Source: Orbicella franksi | Taxonomy: Eukaryota | Direction: 5' to 3' | NCBI GenBank assembly: GCA_964199315.1 | Contig: OZ116702.1 | Location: 20,894,001 to 20,958,000 of the forward strand | DNA length: 64,000 bases | Made by a program: the position numbers and the translations under genes | Part shown: positions 1 to 13,502 of the stretch, piece after piece | How positions within the stretch are numbered: the stretch's first letter is position 1 | Layout: every line of letters starts with the position of its first letter | Notes under the pieces: model-generated | Seen by the model: the letters and a program-made list of their open reading frames with translations, nothing else | What the model was told of the DNA's origin: nothing | Databases searched by the model: none

Positions 1-575
1 TTAATTTAGAAAATTCGTCAAATATTTTAGTTTTAATCAAATCGCGATCTATTTCGCTCTAAATGTACAAGAAAGCAAGTGCAAATACGACGTGAAATCA
101 GTTTGTAATGAAGAATTTTACTTTTGAGTTAACGAGCCTCTGAATGTGCCGCTCATTTTCAATCGATTTTGGCCGATTTGAGGCACCAAAACGAAAAAAA
201 TGCGTAAAAAAATAATTTTTGATTTATCGAACTTAAAACAATATTTTTGTAACTAGTGCCTGGGCATTCTGGGCGAGTTTGAAGAAATTCGATTTTTTCG
301 CTATTTTCAAGTCTAGTTGACATTTAGGCGAAGCTGCTCTTAAGTTTGAAAGCTTTTCTTTCGGTTGTAAGGTTTGCGATTTTTGCGGTTTTGCCACGTT
401 CGGCAAAAAAGAGTTCCTGCAAAATATATATTCCGCGGAAATCAGATCCCGCAAAAATTTACTCCACAGGCGAAATGATACATACAGACGTCGTAACGAG
501 AATCTTGTTGCTGTAACTTATTTCGTTCTTTCGTTCATAAACAAAATGATGTGTGGAGTGCAATTCGGCTTAATA

Positions 576-1885
576 CAGTCGAACCTGTATGAAGCACTGG
601 AACCGTATTAAGCGGCCACCCTCTACTATGGGGTCAAATTTTCAAGTACCGAAAATTAGTTCTCCCAATCACTGTAATTTTGACCTCTGTTGAGCGGTGG
701 CGGTCACCATTTTACGGGACTTTTTGTATTGTCCTGACCTGCATAAAACGGTCACACGATGTCAATTACTTTTTGATAGCAGAGCTCCTGCTTTGCGTAA
801 CATTTCGCGTGACGTTTTATTATTGATTTTAATAGTTTAATATTACACTTTCTATCAAACATGATTACATTGATTGACATTGTAATTTGAGCAGCTCGAT
901 GTAGGAATCCGTTTTCAGTTAGTTTACACGTGTCGGTACGGATAGCTTCCCGTTTTAAAGGTTTTTACAGTTTAACTGGACACTGGGATCCCGTCACGAA
1001 GTGAGTCAGTTTTAAAGTTGGTTTTTCCGTTTTCTAAGGCTTTGTTACTTTACTTTATTTCGGTAATCGCCTGCATGTGATTAACAATTGTATAATACCG
1101 CGTGGTTTAGTCAGTGAAATCTGTTCGCGTTTCTTGGTTGATACGATGTATTAAGGCCCTTTATTTTCTGTTAATTGCTATTGTTTAAGCATGTCATTTG
1201 TTCTGTTTATTTCAGATCGAATAGGTTGTTTTCACGTGACGTCATCACTTTCCAAAATCTAAACCTAAAGAGTCACCAAAGTTTTTATCCTCATCAGGCA
1301 CGAGAGGCGGTATATTTATATCTGTTTACAATTTTACAGCTCAATAACGTGCTTCGTTTGGAATCCTGAGCATTTTGAATTTCAGGGTTATGGAGGTGCG
1401 TGACACAAGGCTACGATCGAGTTCGTCGAAAAATATATACTTATCTCATGATTTTGAGCCTTTTTAGAAGTTAGAGCATTAGGAAAAGTGCTTATGTAAA
1501 TGCTTGTTTGATAAGTACTGATAATCAGTCGCCTAGATAGCCAAAGTAAGTTCCAGATGTTTACACTGGTGTACGACGGAAGTACACCAACATGGCGTTT
1601 TCATACTGGGCTCTGTAAATACCTGCGAAACATTTCGACGAATATCTGAAGTTTGGGGAAACGCACAGGCCTAAAACTTGAAGTAGTGTCTTATTCAGTT
1701 ATCTTCTATAACATCATAATTTCATAGTTTTTTCCAAAGGATGATTTTCGATTTATTTTTTTATTGCGTAACAGTGAAAACGATCTATAAAAATCTTGTA
1801 ATTTATACGATTCACGGGAATTCAGAGTTAGGGGCATTTTGGCGGTTTTCGTCCGACGGACCACCGCTTAATACAGATTCGACTT
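576..1885. mobile_element. Tc1/mariner-type non-autonomous TIR element (MITE), intronic
   Basis: The left end TA|CAGTCGAACCTGTAT...TTAAGCGG (576) is an imperfect inverted match to CCGCTTAATACAGATTCGACT (1865-1885). No ORF. Confidence 0.55.
1221..1788. mobile_element. MITE nested in the 576-1885 element
   Basis: Ends ATAGGTTGTTTTCAC (1221) and GTGAAAACGATCTAT (to 1788) are inverted repeats matching at 13/15. Non-coding. Confidence 0.55.
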
Positions 1886-1970
1886 AAAACTAAATCGGTC
1901 GATCGCGAAGTGTGATATGAAAATCCTGTAACTTAACTACAAGGTGTTAGTTACGATGGCCCAGAAGGCT

Positions 1971-2193
1971 CACAGTTCAGTTGTGATATTTTCACAGTTC
2001 AGTTGTGATTTTTCACAGTTCAGTTGTGATTTTTCACAATTCAGTTGTGATTTTTCACAGTTCAGTTGTGATTTTTCACAATTCAGTTGTGATATTTTCA
2101 CAATTCAGTTGTGATTTTTCACAGTTCAGTTGTGATTTTTCACTGTTCAGTTGTGATTTTTGAAACAGTTCAGTTATTTTTCACAGCTCAGTT
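1971..2193. repeat. 21-bp tandem minisatellite, about 10 copies
   Basis: Unit CACAGTTCAGTTGTGATTTTT recurs with period 21 (for example 1993 and 2014). Confidence 0.9.
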
Positions 2194-2447
2194 CCCGATT
2201 CCCCGTTTCCCGATTCCTCGTTCCTCGTTTTAGAGATGTTTGAAACGATAATTGACAATTTTATTTTCCAGTGAGTTGATTAATCCCTGAGAAAAGATAT
2301 GGTACTAAGGAATACCAGACATTTTTGGATAGCAAAAAGAAGGGAGATTTACTTTTGTAGTCACGTACACCCTTACGGCTCGTTGTTTGGAATGTTTCGC
2401 GGCCTCGCCCGTTTTCTAATGGTTTGCTCCTTTATTTCTGATAACAG

Positions 2448-4719
2448 AAACAAATGAAGGAGATCCTACTGACGGATGCCTGTAGGGAACCATCAACTCC
2501 AATAGCTGTCCTAACAACCATGACTCCACCTGAGAGATGCCAAGGAGAACAACGCCTAAAGTGCATCGGCCAACGAAACGTCACCAATCTCTCGCTTGTC
2601 CGCGATGCCCTCTTCGTCGTCGCACTCGACCCTGAAGATTCTCCACGAACAGTAAACGAAGCTATGTTCGCGCTTCACTCGGGAAACTTCGTAAACCGCT
2701 GGTATGACAAAAGTGTGCAGTTGGTTGTTTTCGGTAATGGAGTCGCGGGATTCGTCAATAACTATTTAGCAGGGATGACAGGAACAGTCGGCACAAACTT
2801 CGTGCGAATTGCTGTGGGAAATGAAGGTTTGTGTGAGGAGCAGGCAATAAACGGTAAGTTGTTATCCATATTTTGGTTTGTGTACACATTCTGTAATTAG
2901 ATTTGTTATTCACTGTCAAATGTAAGCTTCACTAGCGTATTTTCGGTGGTTTTTTTCTTCACGAGTGTATGAGCAGTAAAAAAAAAACAGAAGCTTTAAA
3001 ATAGAAAAAAATCCTGTTACGAACGAACGAGTGATAAGAAGAGCAAGCGAACTAACCAGAACTAACGAATGAAGGAAGGAAAGAGGAAGAAGGAAGGAAG
3101 GAACGAATGAAGGAAGGAAGGAAGGAGGTGCAAAAATTAGCAATAAAAATTGATTAAAACAATGGTAAAAAAAAAAACAGTGAACATTGGTAACATGTAC
3201 ACCATCTTTCTTGTGAGAATATTGTTTTTTTTTCTGCTCGGGCTAAACATTCTAATTTTTCGAGTTTGGGCTGAAAATATTCTTGTGAATTCTTATATTA
3301 CAGCGTATGACGTTTCCGTTTTACAATATATTGGGGTATCAATTACAAGTGTTTGGTGTTAAAGTATTTTTGGAACCAGACTGTAGGCATTCAAGCCTGA
3401 TATGACACACATAACTTCTTTCAGAAATGTTATTAGCATAAAACATTCTTTTAAAAGTCTCAGCCTCGGGTTTATTCTTAAAATTTTATATTCTTAAAAT
3501 TTCTTGATATATAAAAAGAGTATAAGGGTAAAAAAAATCGCAGCCATCCAGGCCATCTAAGATCTAATGGGTATTATCACTTTGAAATATTTGATTAGAT
3601 GACGTTGACGTGACGATCTCGCCAGAGCCTTTTGCTATCAGGTGGGATGACACTGCAGACGGATATTTCAAGCAAAAGATTAAAAGTGTAATCAAGACCA
3701 GTCGAACATTCGGGCCCTTTAAGCCACTGTCTCAAGATGTGTTTAAAATCTCCCTTGGCTACAGTTTTGAAGAGTTGTGTAAGGAACATCGGGTTACCCC
3801 AGGTGGCGCCTTCCAAGCTGGAATGCAGCTGGCGCTCGTGAAGATTGCTGGAAGATGTATGAGTGTGAACGAAGTGGTCGGCATAAGGTAAATTTGAAGC
3901 ACGGACTTGAAAAGAAAAAAATAAATACAGGAAGGACAAACGAACGGACGAACGGAGGTACGGAGGAACGGACGAATCGAATGAATGAATATGCATAATC
4001 GACCTCTTAGCTATAGATACACAACATTTTAAAGCTCAATTTCCCATTCACACAGTTTACAGCACTCTTTTCCTTATTCAGTGTTGAAATATTTTAATTT
4101 TCCAACAACTGATCAGAGGTTTTTTTGCTTTACCAGACACCTTCGGTTTGGTGGAATGACATTAATGGACAGCAGTATGGCAGACATGAAGAAATTCGTC
4201 GAAGAAGCCCGCAGATCATCACTGAGCATGAGTGAGCAAGAACGCTTGGCACTCAAGTCTCTGCTGAAGAAGGCGATTCAAAGCTACAAAGACGAAGTCC
4301 TGCGATATAAGAATGGCGAAATCAATCTATGGCATTTAGACTCTCTGTATAGAAATCTCGGTCTGACCAATCGCCTTCCATTTCGAAAAACTCCACAATC
4401 AGGACTGTTGAAAAATGTAAAAGAAATTGTTTTGGGATATGTTAGAGCACCTCAACTCAATATACTGCCGCCCCAAGTCGCTGAAAACGTGACGTCCAAT
4501 CCCTGCTGGTACCCTGAGATCGAAGCGATCGGGAGGCCTGGGGTCAAGTGCATTCTCCCATCCACATCAATGGCCCTACATTACATGTTTGGGAGAAATG
4601 CGATTTCCATCACGGTGAATGCAAATCCTGATCATCCCTGCTATAAAAATGAGGAGGCCTTTGTCAAAGAACTCGAAAGGTCTTTGCAATTGGTCAAAGA
4701 TTTGCTTAATACAAAATAG
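2448..4719 (+). CDS. Choline/carnitine O-acyltransferase-family protein, last three exons (2448-2853, 3599-3887, 4137-4719); 5' exons lie left of the window
   Basis: AG/GT splice sites with matching phases (1, then 2) give about 425 aa without a stop. Family motifs: LFVVALD, NRWYDKSVQLVVFGNG, PGGAFQAGMQLA and NEVVGIRHLRFGG (corresponding to YESASxRxFxxGR). The catalytic EHxxxDG position reads NYLAGMTG. Confidence 0.85.
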
Positions 4720-5259
4720 CAACAACAAATTGCGATCTACAACTGTTTCAGTATTACCATTGTATTTACAAGAAATCTAGAAAATGGTAAAACTTCTCAA
4801 GTACAGATAATAAGTGAATGTAAAATATACAGGCTCTCTCCTGTGACACATTCTGAAGTCGATTTTGTCTTTCGGTATAATATCGAAAAAATACCAGATG
4901 AAAACTACCCGCGACATCTTTTTGTGACAAACATAATCAGTTACATGTTATTTCGAAAAAAAGTGGCCAACGTGGATGACAGATTCTAAGGTGTTCAGAT
5001 AGTTTTGGCATTTTAATTATTAAATTATGATCACAGCTCGCAGCTCTGGAGTTATCAGAAGCTCTCTAGGCTGAACTGGAACTCATACCAGACTAAAATT
5101 AAACAAGGCACCTCTGACTTGTCTCAAACAAGCTTGTTGTCGTTGATGACTTGCATGAGAAACGCTTTCTCATTTCTTTGCGTAATGCAGTTGGAACAAT
5201 CACTCGATCCCAATTGTAAAACACCCCGTTGTCAGTAGTGCCAGGGTACACTCCGAAAG

Positions 5260-5430
5260 ACCCGGTAAATTATCGGCCCCGGTAAGTCCCCGTAAACTTT
5301 TTGGGTGTTTCTCGGGGCTCCCGTTAATTATTTTCGATCCCGTTATCATCCCGATATTTTTCCAAGTAATTTGCCCGATAATTTACGGGAGGTCGTGACC
5401 TCCCGTAAAGTTACCGGGAAATCGCAAATG
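5260..5430. mobile_element. Candidate left terminus of a PIF/Harbinger element (TIR plus subterminal CCCGTAA/CCCGATA motifs)
   Basis: CTCCGAAAGACCCGGTAAATTATCGGCCCCG...TTTCTCGGGGCTCCCGTT resembles the reverse complement of 56815-56950 (TTCTCGAAAGACCTGGTAATTTCGGGCCCG...TTTCTCGAAGCACCCGTA). No clean TWA TSD. Confidence 0.4.
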
Positions 5431-5439
5431 TGTGGTTTT

Positions 5440-6900
5440 GTTTTGACACTTTAATTGTGATTCACACTACTTACAAACAATGGTACGACTACTTACACTA
5501 TTTACAAAAGTATTACAACTACTAAAGTCCATTACATTACCGACAAAACGTTTTTATACGATTCAATTGCTTACGCACTACTTACAATACTTACAATTCA
5601 ATGGAATTACAGGTGCTACTTACAATAATACAATTTACATAACTTACTCTACAAAACAATACGATTACTTATTCAACTTACGATACCACTTCTTACACTA
5701 CTTACAAAATAATATGATTACTGATGCTACTTACATTCATATTAAAGCAATGAGCAACAAAATAAGATACATTCATATTTAAATAAAAAGGCAATAAAAT
5801 AAGATGGGCATAATTAATTATATTGGAGTGAGCACCCATTTCTTTTCAAAGAAGTTTTTCTTGTTGATATTTTTTTCAGTTTCATATTTAATCTTAAGTT
5901 TTGATTGCAGTCCTTGAATTTTAGGAAGTGTTTGGCTTCTTTTGCAGTCCCACAAAAATAATTTTCCAATTACTATGAAATAGTTCAATAAATTTGATAA
6001 AGGGCATTGTTTCGATAAAGCTCCAAATAAAACGTTTTGTGCAGAAAGATGGACCGGCTGATCCGATAGATGGTACCACTACGATTCGAAATCAGTCCAG
6101 AACGTTTTGGATTGAGGACATTCACAGAAAAGGTGATGTAAATTCTCAGGTTCATCATTACAAAAAGTACATGCATCATTAGTTCTAAATCCAATTTTGC
6201 ATAGTTTGCTGTTAGTGTAGAGAATAGAATTAATTACTTTGTATTGGGAGGCCTTGACATATGACTCCAGTGCAACTAAATGTGGTAACGAGAAGATTTC
6301 TCTAAATTGTTGGGTTGTGAAATTAAAATCACTCTTTAATTTGTGGATAATATTAGGAGATTTAGCTTTTTTTGAAACCAGCAGCGACTAATAATCTTTT
6401 GATTTTTTGTCTTTAATATCGAATATTTTATTTTCAATTATAAGTGATGATGATGTGATTGATGTATCTAGGCTGACTTCTTTTAGATGTAAAGGCATAG
6501 AATGACGGAGGCCCGCCCATTTGTCGATTTTGTTCAAAAAATAGTTATAGGAGTGTATTGTATTTAAGTTAAATAGAAGATCGTGTATGTAAATGATTCC
6601 CGACTTAAAGTAATTTTTATAATAAACCGGCTTGTTGTCTATTCGAATCTCTTTATTATTCCAAACAGTATTTTTCCAATCACTTTCTGAAGGAAAAGAT
6701 TCGCGGAACTCCGACCACCATAACAAAAGTTCGTGGTAAAATTGAGAAGATATCGTGTAATCAGAAACTTCATAATGACAATTTAGAAAGAACAGACCTC
6801 CTACGGGCTCTAACAGATGAAGTAAATACGTCTTCCATGTTGCAATTGAATCATTAAATAGTCGTTTTAGCCAGGCCAAATGCATGTTCCCTCTTCGCAA
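5440..6900 (-). mobile_element. Tx1/L1-like LINE, degenerate 3' fragment
   Basis: LAWLKRLFND..WK..L, FYHELLLWWSEF, WNNKEIRIDNKPVYY and HLFCECP..KTFW (zf-RVT region). Similar to the copy at 58370-60620, including the TACAATAC-rich 3' UTR. Confidence 0.8.
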
Positions 6901-6918
6901 AATATTCTCACTCGAATA

Positions 6919-6934
6919 TAATAATAACAATAAC

Positions 6935-6969
<35 letters not shown>

Positions 6970-7555
6970 ATAATACATAATACATAATATACCAAGAGGA
7001 GGCCTCCAATCATCATAAGGTGGTTTTCAGGAGGGTCCTCTGAGAAAATAAATGTTAAACCTTTAAAATACATTAAAATCTAAAATACAATAAAAAGGAC
7101 AAAAAACCTATGCGGTTAGCTAACTAAGATTAAAAACTAAAACAAGAATTAAAATACTACTAACTAAGGTTAAAATGTTTCAATAAAAACTGTTTCAGTT
7201 TGTATTTAAAAATAGTTTTCGGCATCGGTTTCTTTAAAGCACTTGGTAGTGTGGCCCAGTCGTTAATAGCTTTATAATATGTTTTGCTTTTCCCCCATTC
7301 CGTTCTTGGCCTACTGACTTTGGTCATGTAGCCATTTCGGGTATTATAACCGTGTTGTTGGTTCATGGTGGATCTGAAAACACCGAAATGTTCGGGGATG
7401 CTACCTTTCATTGCATCTTGCACAGCACAACACCGATGACCGAACCGCCTCGCATGTAAAGGCACCCACCGCAACGACGTCAGAGCCTCTGCTGATGACA
7501 TTTTCGAGTTAACAATCTTCTTCGCAAAGCGATTTTGAAAAGATTGTAATTGTTT
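6919..7555 (-). mobile_element. 5'-truncated CR1/L2-clade LINE 3' end with (TAT)n/(TATG)n tail
   Basis: ORF 7160-7558 reads LQSFQNRFAKKI...SLRWVPLHARR...HGYNTR...PRTEWGK..YYKAINDWATLP, typical of the L2/CR1 ORF2 C-terminus. The microsatellite tail is at 6919-6990. Confidence 0.8.
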
Positions 7556-8584
7556 CATCTGCGTTGTAAGACCAGGCTGGTCACCCCAGACAATATCTGC
7601 ATAATCGTTGAGGTAGGACCCGCTATTGACAACGCGGACTCTGTTTCCTCGGCGGTCCGCACAATTTGTTTGGCTTCGCTGCTAAAACACACTGATACTG
7701 ATAATTTGATGCTCACTGCAAGAACTGATGTTGATTACATCTATAATCCCTTTTCAGGTTCTTATAGCTCTCCGATACTATGCATCGGGGAGTTTCCAAA
7801 AAGTAATTGCCGACACAAATTATGGGAGTGTCAAAGGCAAGTTCGAGCAGATCCTTGTTGGCAGTCTCTCAATGCCTTACAAAAATGGCTGCAGAATGGA
7901 TAGTGTTTCCAACCAGAAATACCGAGCTGAATGTAAGTACCTTTTGAAGCTAGACTTGAATACGAAATAGTCAAAGTATAAAAAGGTTTTCAAAATTTAA
8001 CCAGATTTCTGTGCAACTGCTTTATCACAGAGCTTTCCAGTACATAAATTTCTCGGGTTCTAAACAAAATGAGTGAATACATAATATTTTCATTACAACA
8101 CACTACGTGGGTGACTTTTTGGAATTTTGGAGGCAAAGGTGAGTTCTTTGGAGTGGCATTCTGAAGGCATAGGGAATGGTGGGCTTTGAATTTAGCAGGA
8201 ATTCTAGAGGAAACAAACAGGAAGGATGTTGCTTGAAACTCAATGCATACAAATTTTGTTCTTGCTTGACAGGAAATAATGGCTGATTTCTTCAAATTTG
8301 CACGTATGCCAAGGGTGATAGGAGCAGTGGATGGTTCCTTGATCCCTATTAGGGCTCCGTACAATGATGAACACATGTATGTCTGCCATAAGGGCTTTCA
8401 TGCCATCAATGCTATGACAGTGTGCAATGCACAACTTTCTTTCACTAACTATGTGTGCAGATGGCAGGGATCTGTTCAAGATTCAGCAGTATTCAATGGC
8501 AGCATGCTCCATGCACGCCTTGAACATGGCGGTGGAAGAAATGGCTGGCTGCTTATTGACCCCTTTCAGTCCCGATGGTGTCTC

Positions 8585-11500
8585 TGTCACGGTATGTCCA
8601 GCGTGACACATCATATACGGGCACGCGCGCCCAATGCATCATGTAATCTCTTGTCGGGCCAAGCACATGGCGATTAAAATAAGACTTTAAGCAAATCTAT
8701 ATTCGTGTCCATGTTCCATTCTACCGCATGGTGTCAGAAGTGGTGGCCTGAGAAGATACTGGATCCTCCAGGTGAAGCATTTCAAGCATTCGAACATAAA
8801 TTCATTCAAGGGCAAGTTGTAGAGCACATCAATTACTTCGAGCATTCAAAAACAACATGGCCGATCGATTGAAACCACCAGCTATGGACTGGACCACTCC
8901 AGGAGACATTCACAAGCGTTTCAAACTCTTCCAACAGAAATGCGAACTTATCTTCGCGGTGCCGCTCGACAAAGTCGAAGAGGCGAAAAAGGTGAGACTG
9001 CTGCTTTTATGGATTAGCGACAAAGGCCTCGAAATCTACAACACGACCACATGGGCCAGCGAAGGCGACGACCTCAAGATCAGTCCAGTTATGGCGGCAC
9101 TAGAGGCTTATACAAAGCCCCAAAGTAATCAAATCCTCGCTAGATACCAACTTCGATGCCTAAAGCAGGGAGATAGACCACTTGAGGAATTCGTAACCGA
9201 AGCGCGACTATAAATAGAAGATGGTGGATACGATCCCGCCGCTAAAGAAAATACCCTCAGGGATACGCTGGTATTTGGCGTGGCGTCCGATAAAGTACGC
9301 AAAGACGCGATAGCACTTGGTAACGGGCTAACCTTCAAGCAAGTCTACGACTTGGCGAAAGTCGAGGAAAGCACTAAAGCACAAATGAAGATAATTTCCA
9401 AAGGTGACGAGAAATCTGATCTTCACACAGTTCAAAGAGAATCTGCATATTCGACTAAAAAACACCCACCGGGACAAAGCTTCACACACCAAACGTCCTA
9501 CGGCGACCAAAACCAAAGAGATCATACCGAAAGAAAACCTCGCCGACTTCAATTCAAGTCGAAAGGCTGCTTCAGATGTGGAAACACCCATGATAAATCA
9601 GCGAATTGTCCCGCCAAGAATGCAAAATGCAAGCACCGTGGCAAGACTGGCCATTACGCGAGAGTGTGCATGCAAAAACGCCTCCAAAAGGTTCACCAGA
9701 TCGTGAGTAGCCCAGAGTACCAGGGCCAGGGCATCCACCTAGAGGATGAGTACCCCCTTGAGGATGATTATGAGTACACGCTCGAAGAAGAATCAGAAGA
9801 AGAAACAAGTGACACAGAACCCATTAATCTATTTCTTGGAACTCTCACTTCAACAAAGCACCAGCAAACCCAAGAAATTTCACTAAACGCCCTCGACAGC
9901 CACCCAGACAAAATCTTTGCCAAGGTCAAGATTAATGAAGTCCATGACATGAGCCTGAAAGTAGATACGGGAGCAGACGCCTGCGTCATCACCTCCGCAG
10001 ACCTACAGCACTTCCCATTCCCGATTGCTATCCTTCCATGCAGCAATGTCCTTAGAGGATATGGAGGCTCTGAAATAGAAAACCTTGGCGTTGCCACTTT
10101 AAAGGTCTCCTTTAAGGACAAGTCAGCCAATATCAAATTCAACATCGTGGAAGCCACAGGAAGCCCATCTATACTGGGGTGCCGACAATGCCAAGATCTG
10201 GGAATAATATCAACAAATTTAGATGAAGTTAACACCATTCCCCCAACCAAGACAGAAGCTGAGGCACAACGTGGTCAGCTATCCAAGCCCACTGTTATGG
10301 AAGAATACCAAGATTGCTTCGACAAGCTAGGCTGTTTTCCGGGAGAAAAGTATCACATTCAGCTAATTGACCATCCTGTCCCAGTCATCCACCCGCCACG
10401 CACCGTTCCAGTGCACATACTTCCCTTATACAAGGAGGAACTTGATAAAATGATCGCGGACGATGTCATCACAGCCGTGACCGAGCCAACCGACTGGGTA
10501 AACTCAATCGTATGTAACATCAGAGAAACTCCTGAAGGCAAAAAGAAGATCAGACTGTGCCTTGATCCTAAGGACCTCAACAAGAGCATACGTCGAGAGC
10601 ACTATTACACCCGTACCATCGATGAGCTCCTACCCCAGCTGCATGGAAAGAAATTCTTCTCTGTTGTTGACACTAAGAAAGGTTATTGGCACGTAGCCTT
10701 GGACCACGAGTCAAGCCTGCTGTGCACCTTTAATACTCCCTTCGGACGGTACCGTTTTAAACGATTACCCTTCGGGGTCAAACTCTCCCAAGACATCTTT
10801 CAACGCAAACTCGTTGAGGTTTACAGGGGCATCCCCAATGTAATGGGGATTGCTGATGACATCGTGGTATGTGGCTCAACCCAATCAGAGCACGACCAAG
10901 CCTTTTGTGAAATGCTCAAGGCCACTCGCAAGCACAATGTCAGCCTAAACTCCGAAAAGCTGCAGTTCAAGCAGGCACAAGTCGACTTCTACGGGCACGT
11001 TCTGACAGAGAATGGAATCCAACCAGCGAAGGAGAAACTTGAAGCAATCCACAACATGAAGAGCCCATCAAACATGGGGGAGCTTCAGACTATCCTGGGC
11101 ATGGTAACTTACCTGAACCACTTCTCGACAAAGTTAGGGGACCTAACATCGCCACTAAGAGAGCTAACCAAGAAGAACGTCCATTTTAGCTGGGAGCCCC
11201 ACCACCAGCAGGCACTCGATAGGATTAAGCAAGAACTCTGCGCGTCCAAACTCATTTCCTATTACGACCCAGATCCGAGCACACCCACGATCCTTCAGTG
11301 TGACGCAAGCAAAACAGGCATTGGGGCTTGGCTAAGACAGTCAGACTCTCAAGGGAATGAACACATTGTCGCCATGGCGTCCCGGTCACTCACCGACGCA
11401 GAGTCCAGATATTCTAATATTGAGCGCGAGTGTCTGGCAGTCACATATGGCCTGGAGAAGTTCGAGTACTACCTGCTCGGTCGAAAGGTGACAGTTGAAA

Positions 11501-13502
11501 CCGATCACTCCCCCTTGGAACAAATTTTCAAGAAAAACATCAATGAGGCTCCAGGCCGGCTGCAGAGGCTACTTCTTAGATGCCTGCCATTTGATATCAA
11601 TGTCTAGTACAAGCCGGGCAGATCCATCCCAGTTGCCGACGCCCTGTCACGAGTGTGTTACACGAGAGCAACACATGGCACTGAGACTACGACTAAGGAC
11701 ACCGCATCACAGCGTAACATCCACTTCATATCCACCCCCATTGACCTAACAGCAGTAAAGTCCTCTACAGTGCAAGATCCTGCCATGAATCTACTGAAGA
11801 ATTTCATCTACAATGGCTGGCCTCCCTACAGAAAACAATGCCCGCAAGAACTATGGGAGTTTTGGAACTTCCGATGCGACCTCGCTTTAGAGGACGGTCT
11901 AGTACTAAAAGGTAGCAGGATCGTCGTACCAGCCTCCATGAGAAACCAAGTTCTCCAAGCGATCCACCTGGGACATCAAGGAGAGAACAAATGCATCCTC
12001 CGAGCTAGAGAATCAGTGTTCTGGCCCGGTATCTCCGCTGACATCAGGCAGATGGTAAAGGACCGCGACCTGTGTAACAAACACAAGCCAGCTCAACCCA
12101 GACTACCCATTTTGCAGCCAGACCTTCCAACCCGACCATGGGAGAAGCTCGACACGGACATCTTTGAATTTAACAAGGAGAAGTACCTTATGGTCGTCGA
12201 TTACTACTCAAGATTCCCTGTGATAAGACTCCTCAACGACATGACCAGCCACACCGTGTGCAACCACTTCACAAGCATCCTTGCAGAATATGGCCTACCA
12301 GCCACTATCATTGCCGACTTCGGATCTCAGTTCATCAGCGAAAGATTCAAAACCAAATGCGAACAAAGTGGCATCACACTACACTGTAGTTCCCCATACC
12401 ACCACCAAGCCAACAGCCTGGCAGAGAGGGCAATTGGAACCTGCAAGTCACTGTTAAGAAAAGCACTAGAGGAGAAGGAATGCCCTTACACAGCCTTATG
12501 GATGTATCGCACGACTCCCCTTAGTGACCAGATGCCATCACCCCACGAGTTGCTGTTTGGACGTAAACCCCAAACGACACTCCCAAGCAGCAGAAGCGCA
12601 CTGAAGTCCAAACACCCGAATGATGACCACCATGAAGCTAACCAGAAATGCCAAGAGAGGCAAGCAGTATTCTATGACATTAAGGCTGGTAGCGACAAGA
12701 AGGCCCTTAACAACCGAGAACCAGTGTTCGTCTGGAACACCTCGAAGAATACCTGGCAACCAGGAACTGTGCTAAATAGGCCACAGCCAATGGAGCGCCC
12801 CCGAACCTACACGGTGGACATTCAAGGCAAGATCTACCAGAGAACAAGGGAGCACCTGAGACCAAGGAGCCAGAGTGAAATACCCCCCTCAGCTGGCAGT
12901 AACACTCCACCTATCGGTACAGTGACTCCAGTAGACGACCCCAAAGACGCACACATACCCAAGGCGACCAGACCACCCCCGTTGTCAGAAGCCCGTCCTC
13001 AAGACAATACACCGACACCAGATCAGTCACTATCTCTCCAACTACCGTGCAGCAAGAGGCAAATTGATCTTGAGCCAGCTGGTGCTGTTGTAACCAGTGA
13101 AGGAACCTGTTATCACACAAAGAGCCAAGTTACAAGGACTGGACGCATCACCCGCGTCCCAACCAAGTTCAAAGATTAAATAGGGACAGACAAAAACTCT
13201 TTTATTGACATTGGGTTCCTATTTACACCCATGAAACTGTTCTTAGTTCCTGTTGTCGTTTGATAGACGTTTGATTACTTTGATTAGCATTGATTATCAT
13301 GTCCCCTTTTATCGATTTATCCGCATGTAACCAGGACCTCTTTTCAGAAAGAGGGGGATGTCACGGTATGTCCAGCGTGACACATCATATACGGGCATGC
13401 GCGCCCAATGCATCATGTAATCTCTTGTCGGGCCAAGCACATGGCGATTAAAATAAGACTTTAAGCAAATCTATATTCGTGTCCATGTTCCATTCTACCG
13501 CA
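8585..13502 (+). mobile_element. Ty3/Gypsy LTR retrotransposon 1, full length
   Basis: 144-bp TG..CA LTRs at 8585-8728 and 13359-13502 with 1 mismatch. TSD GTCTC. PBS TGGTGTCAGAAGTGG at 8729. Polypurine tract just before the 3' LTR. Confidence 0.97.
8857..13179 (+). pseudogene. gag-pol of Gypsy 1: one frame with two in-frame stops (TAA 9211, TAG 11605)
   Basis: CCHC-like knuckles, protease VDTGA, RT GIADD, RNase H CDAS..ERECLA, integrase HLGH..C..(R) and DDE core. The ORF pieces at 8857, 9280 and 11653 are all in the same frame. Confidence 0.93.

Noticed and set aside
1-2447. Upstream exons of the acyltransferase
   Set aside because: The region is occupied by MITEs and a minisatellite. Candidate acceptors (~1215, ~2271) lead into repeat sequence or stops, so it is treated as intron.
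6388-7073. Poly-Leu and poly-Tyr ORFs (signal peptide or low-complexity protein)
   Set aside because: They are translations of the (AAT)n LINE tail fused to a Tx1 fragment.
9211-11607. Programmed stop-codon readthrough in Gypsy 1
   Set aside because: The TAA lies inside gag and the TAG interrupts the conserved V-x-YKPG segment after RNase H (CAG>TAG is likely). Neither is at a gag-pol boundary, so they are best read as nonsense mutations.
9328-13120. Antisense and alternative-frame ORFs inside Gypsy 1 (likewise inside Ngaro, Gypsy 2/3 and Sola3)
   Set aside because: Shadow ORFs of coding sequence with no recognisable motifs.
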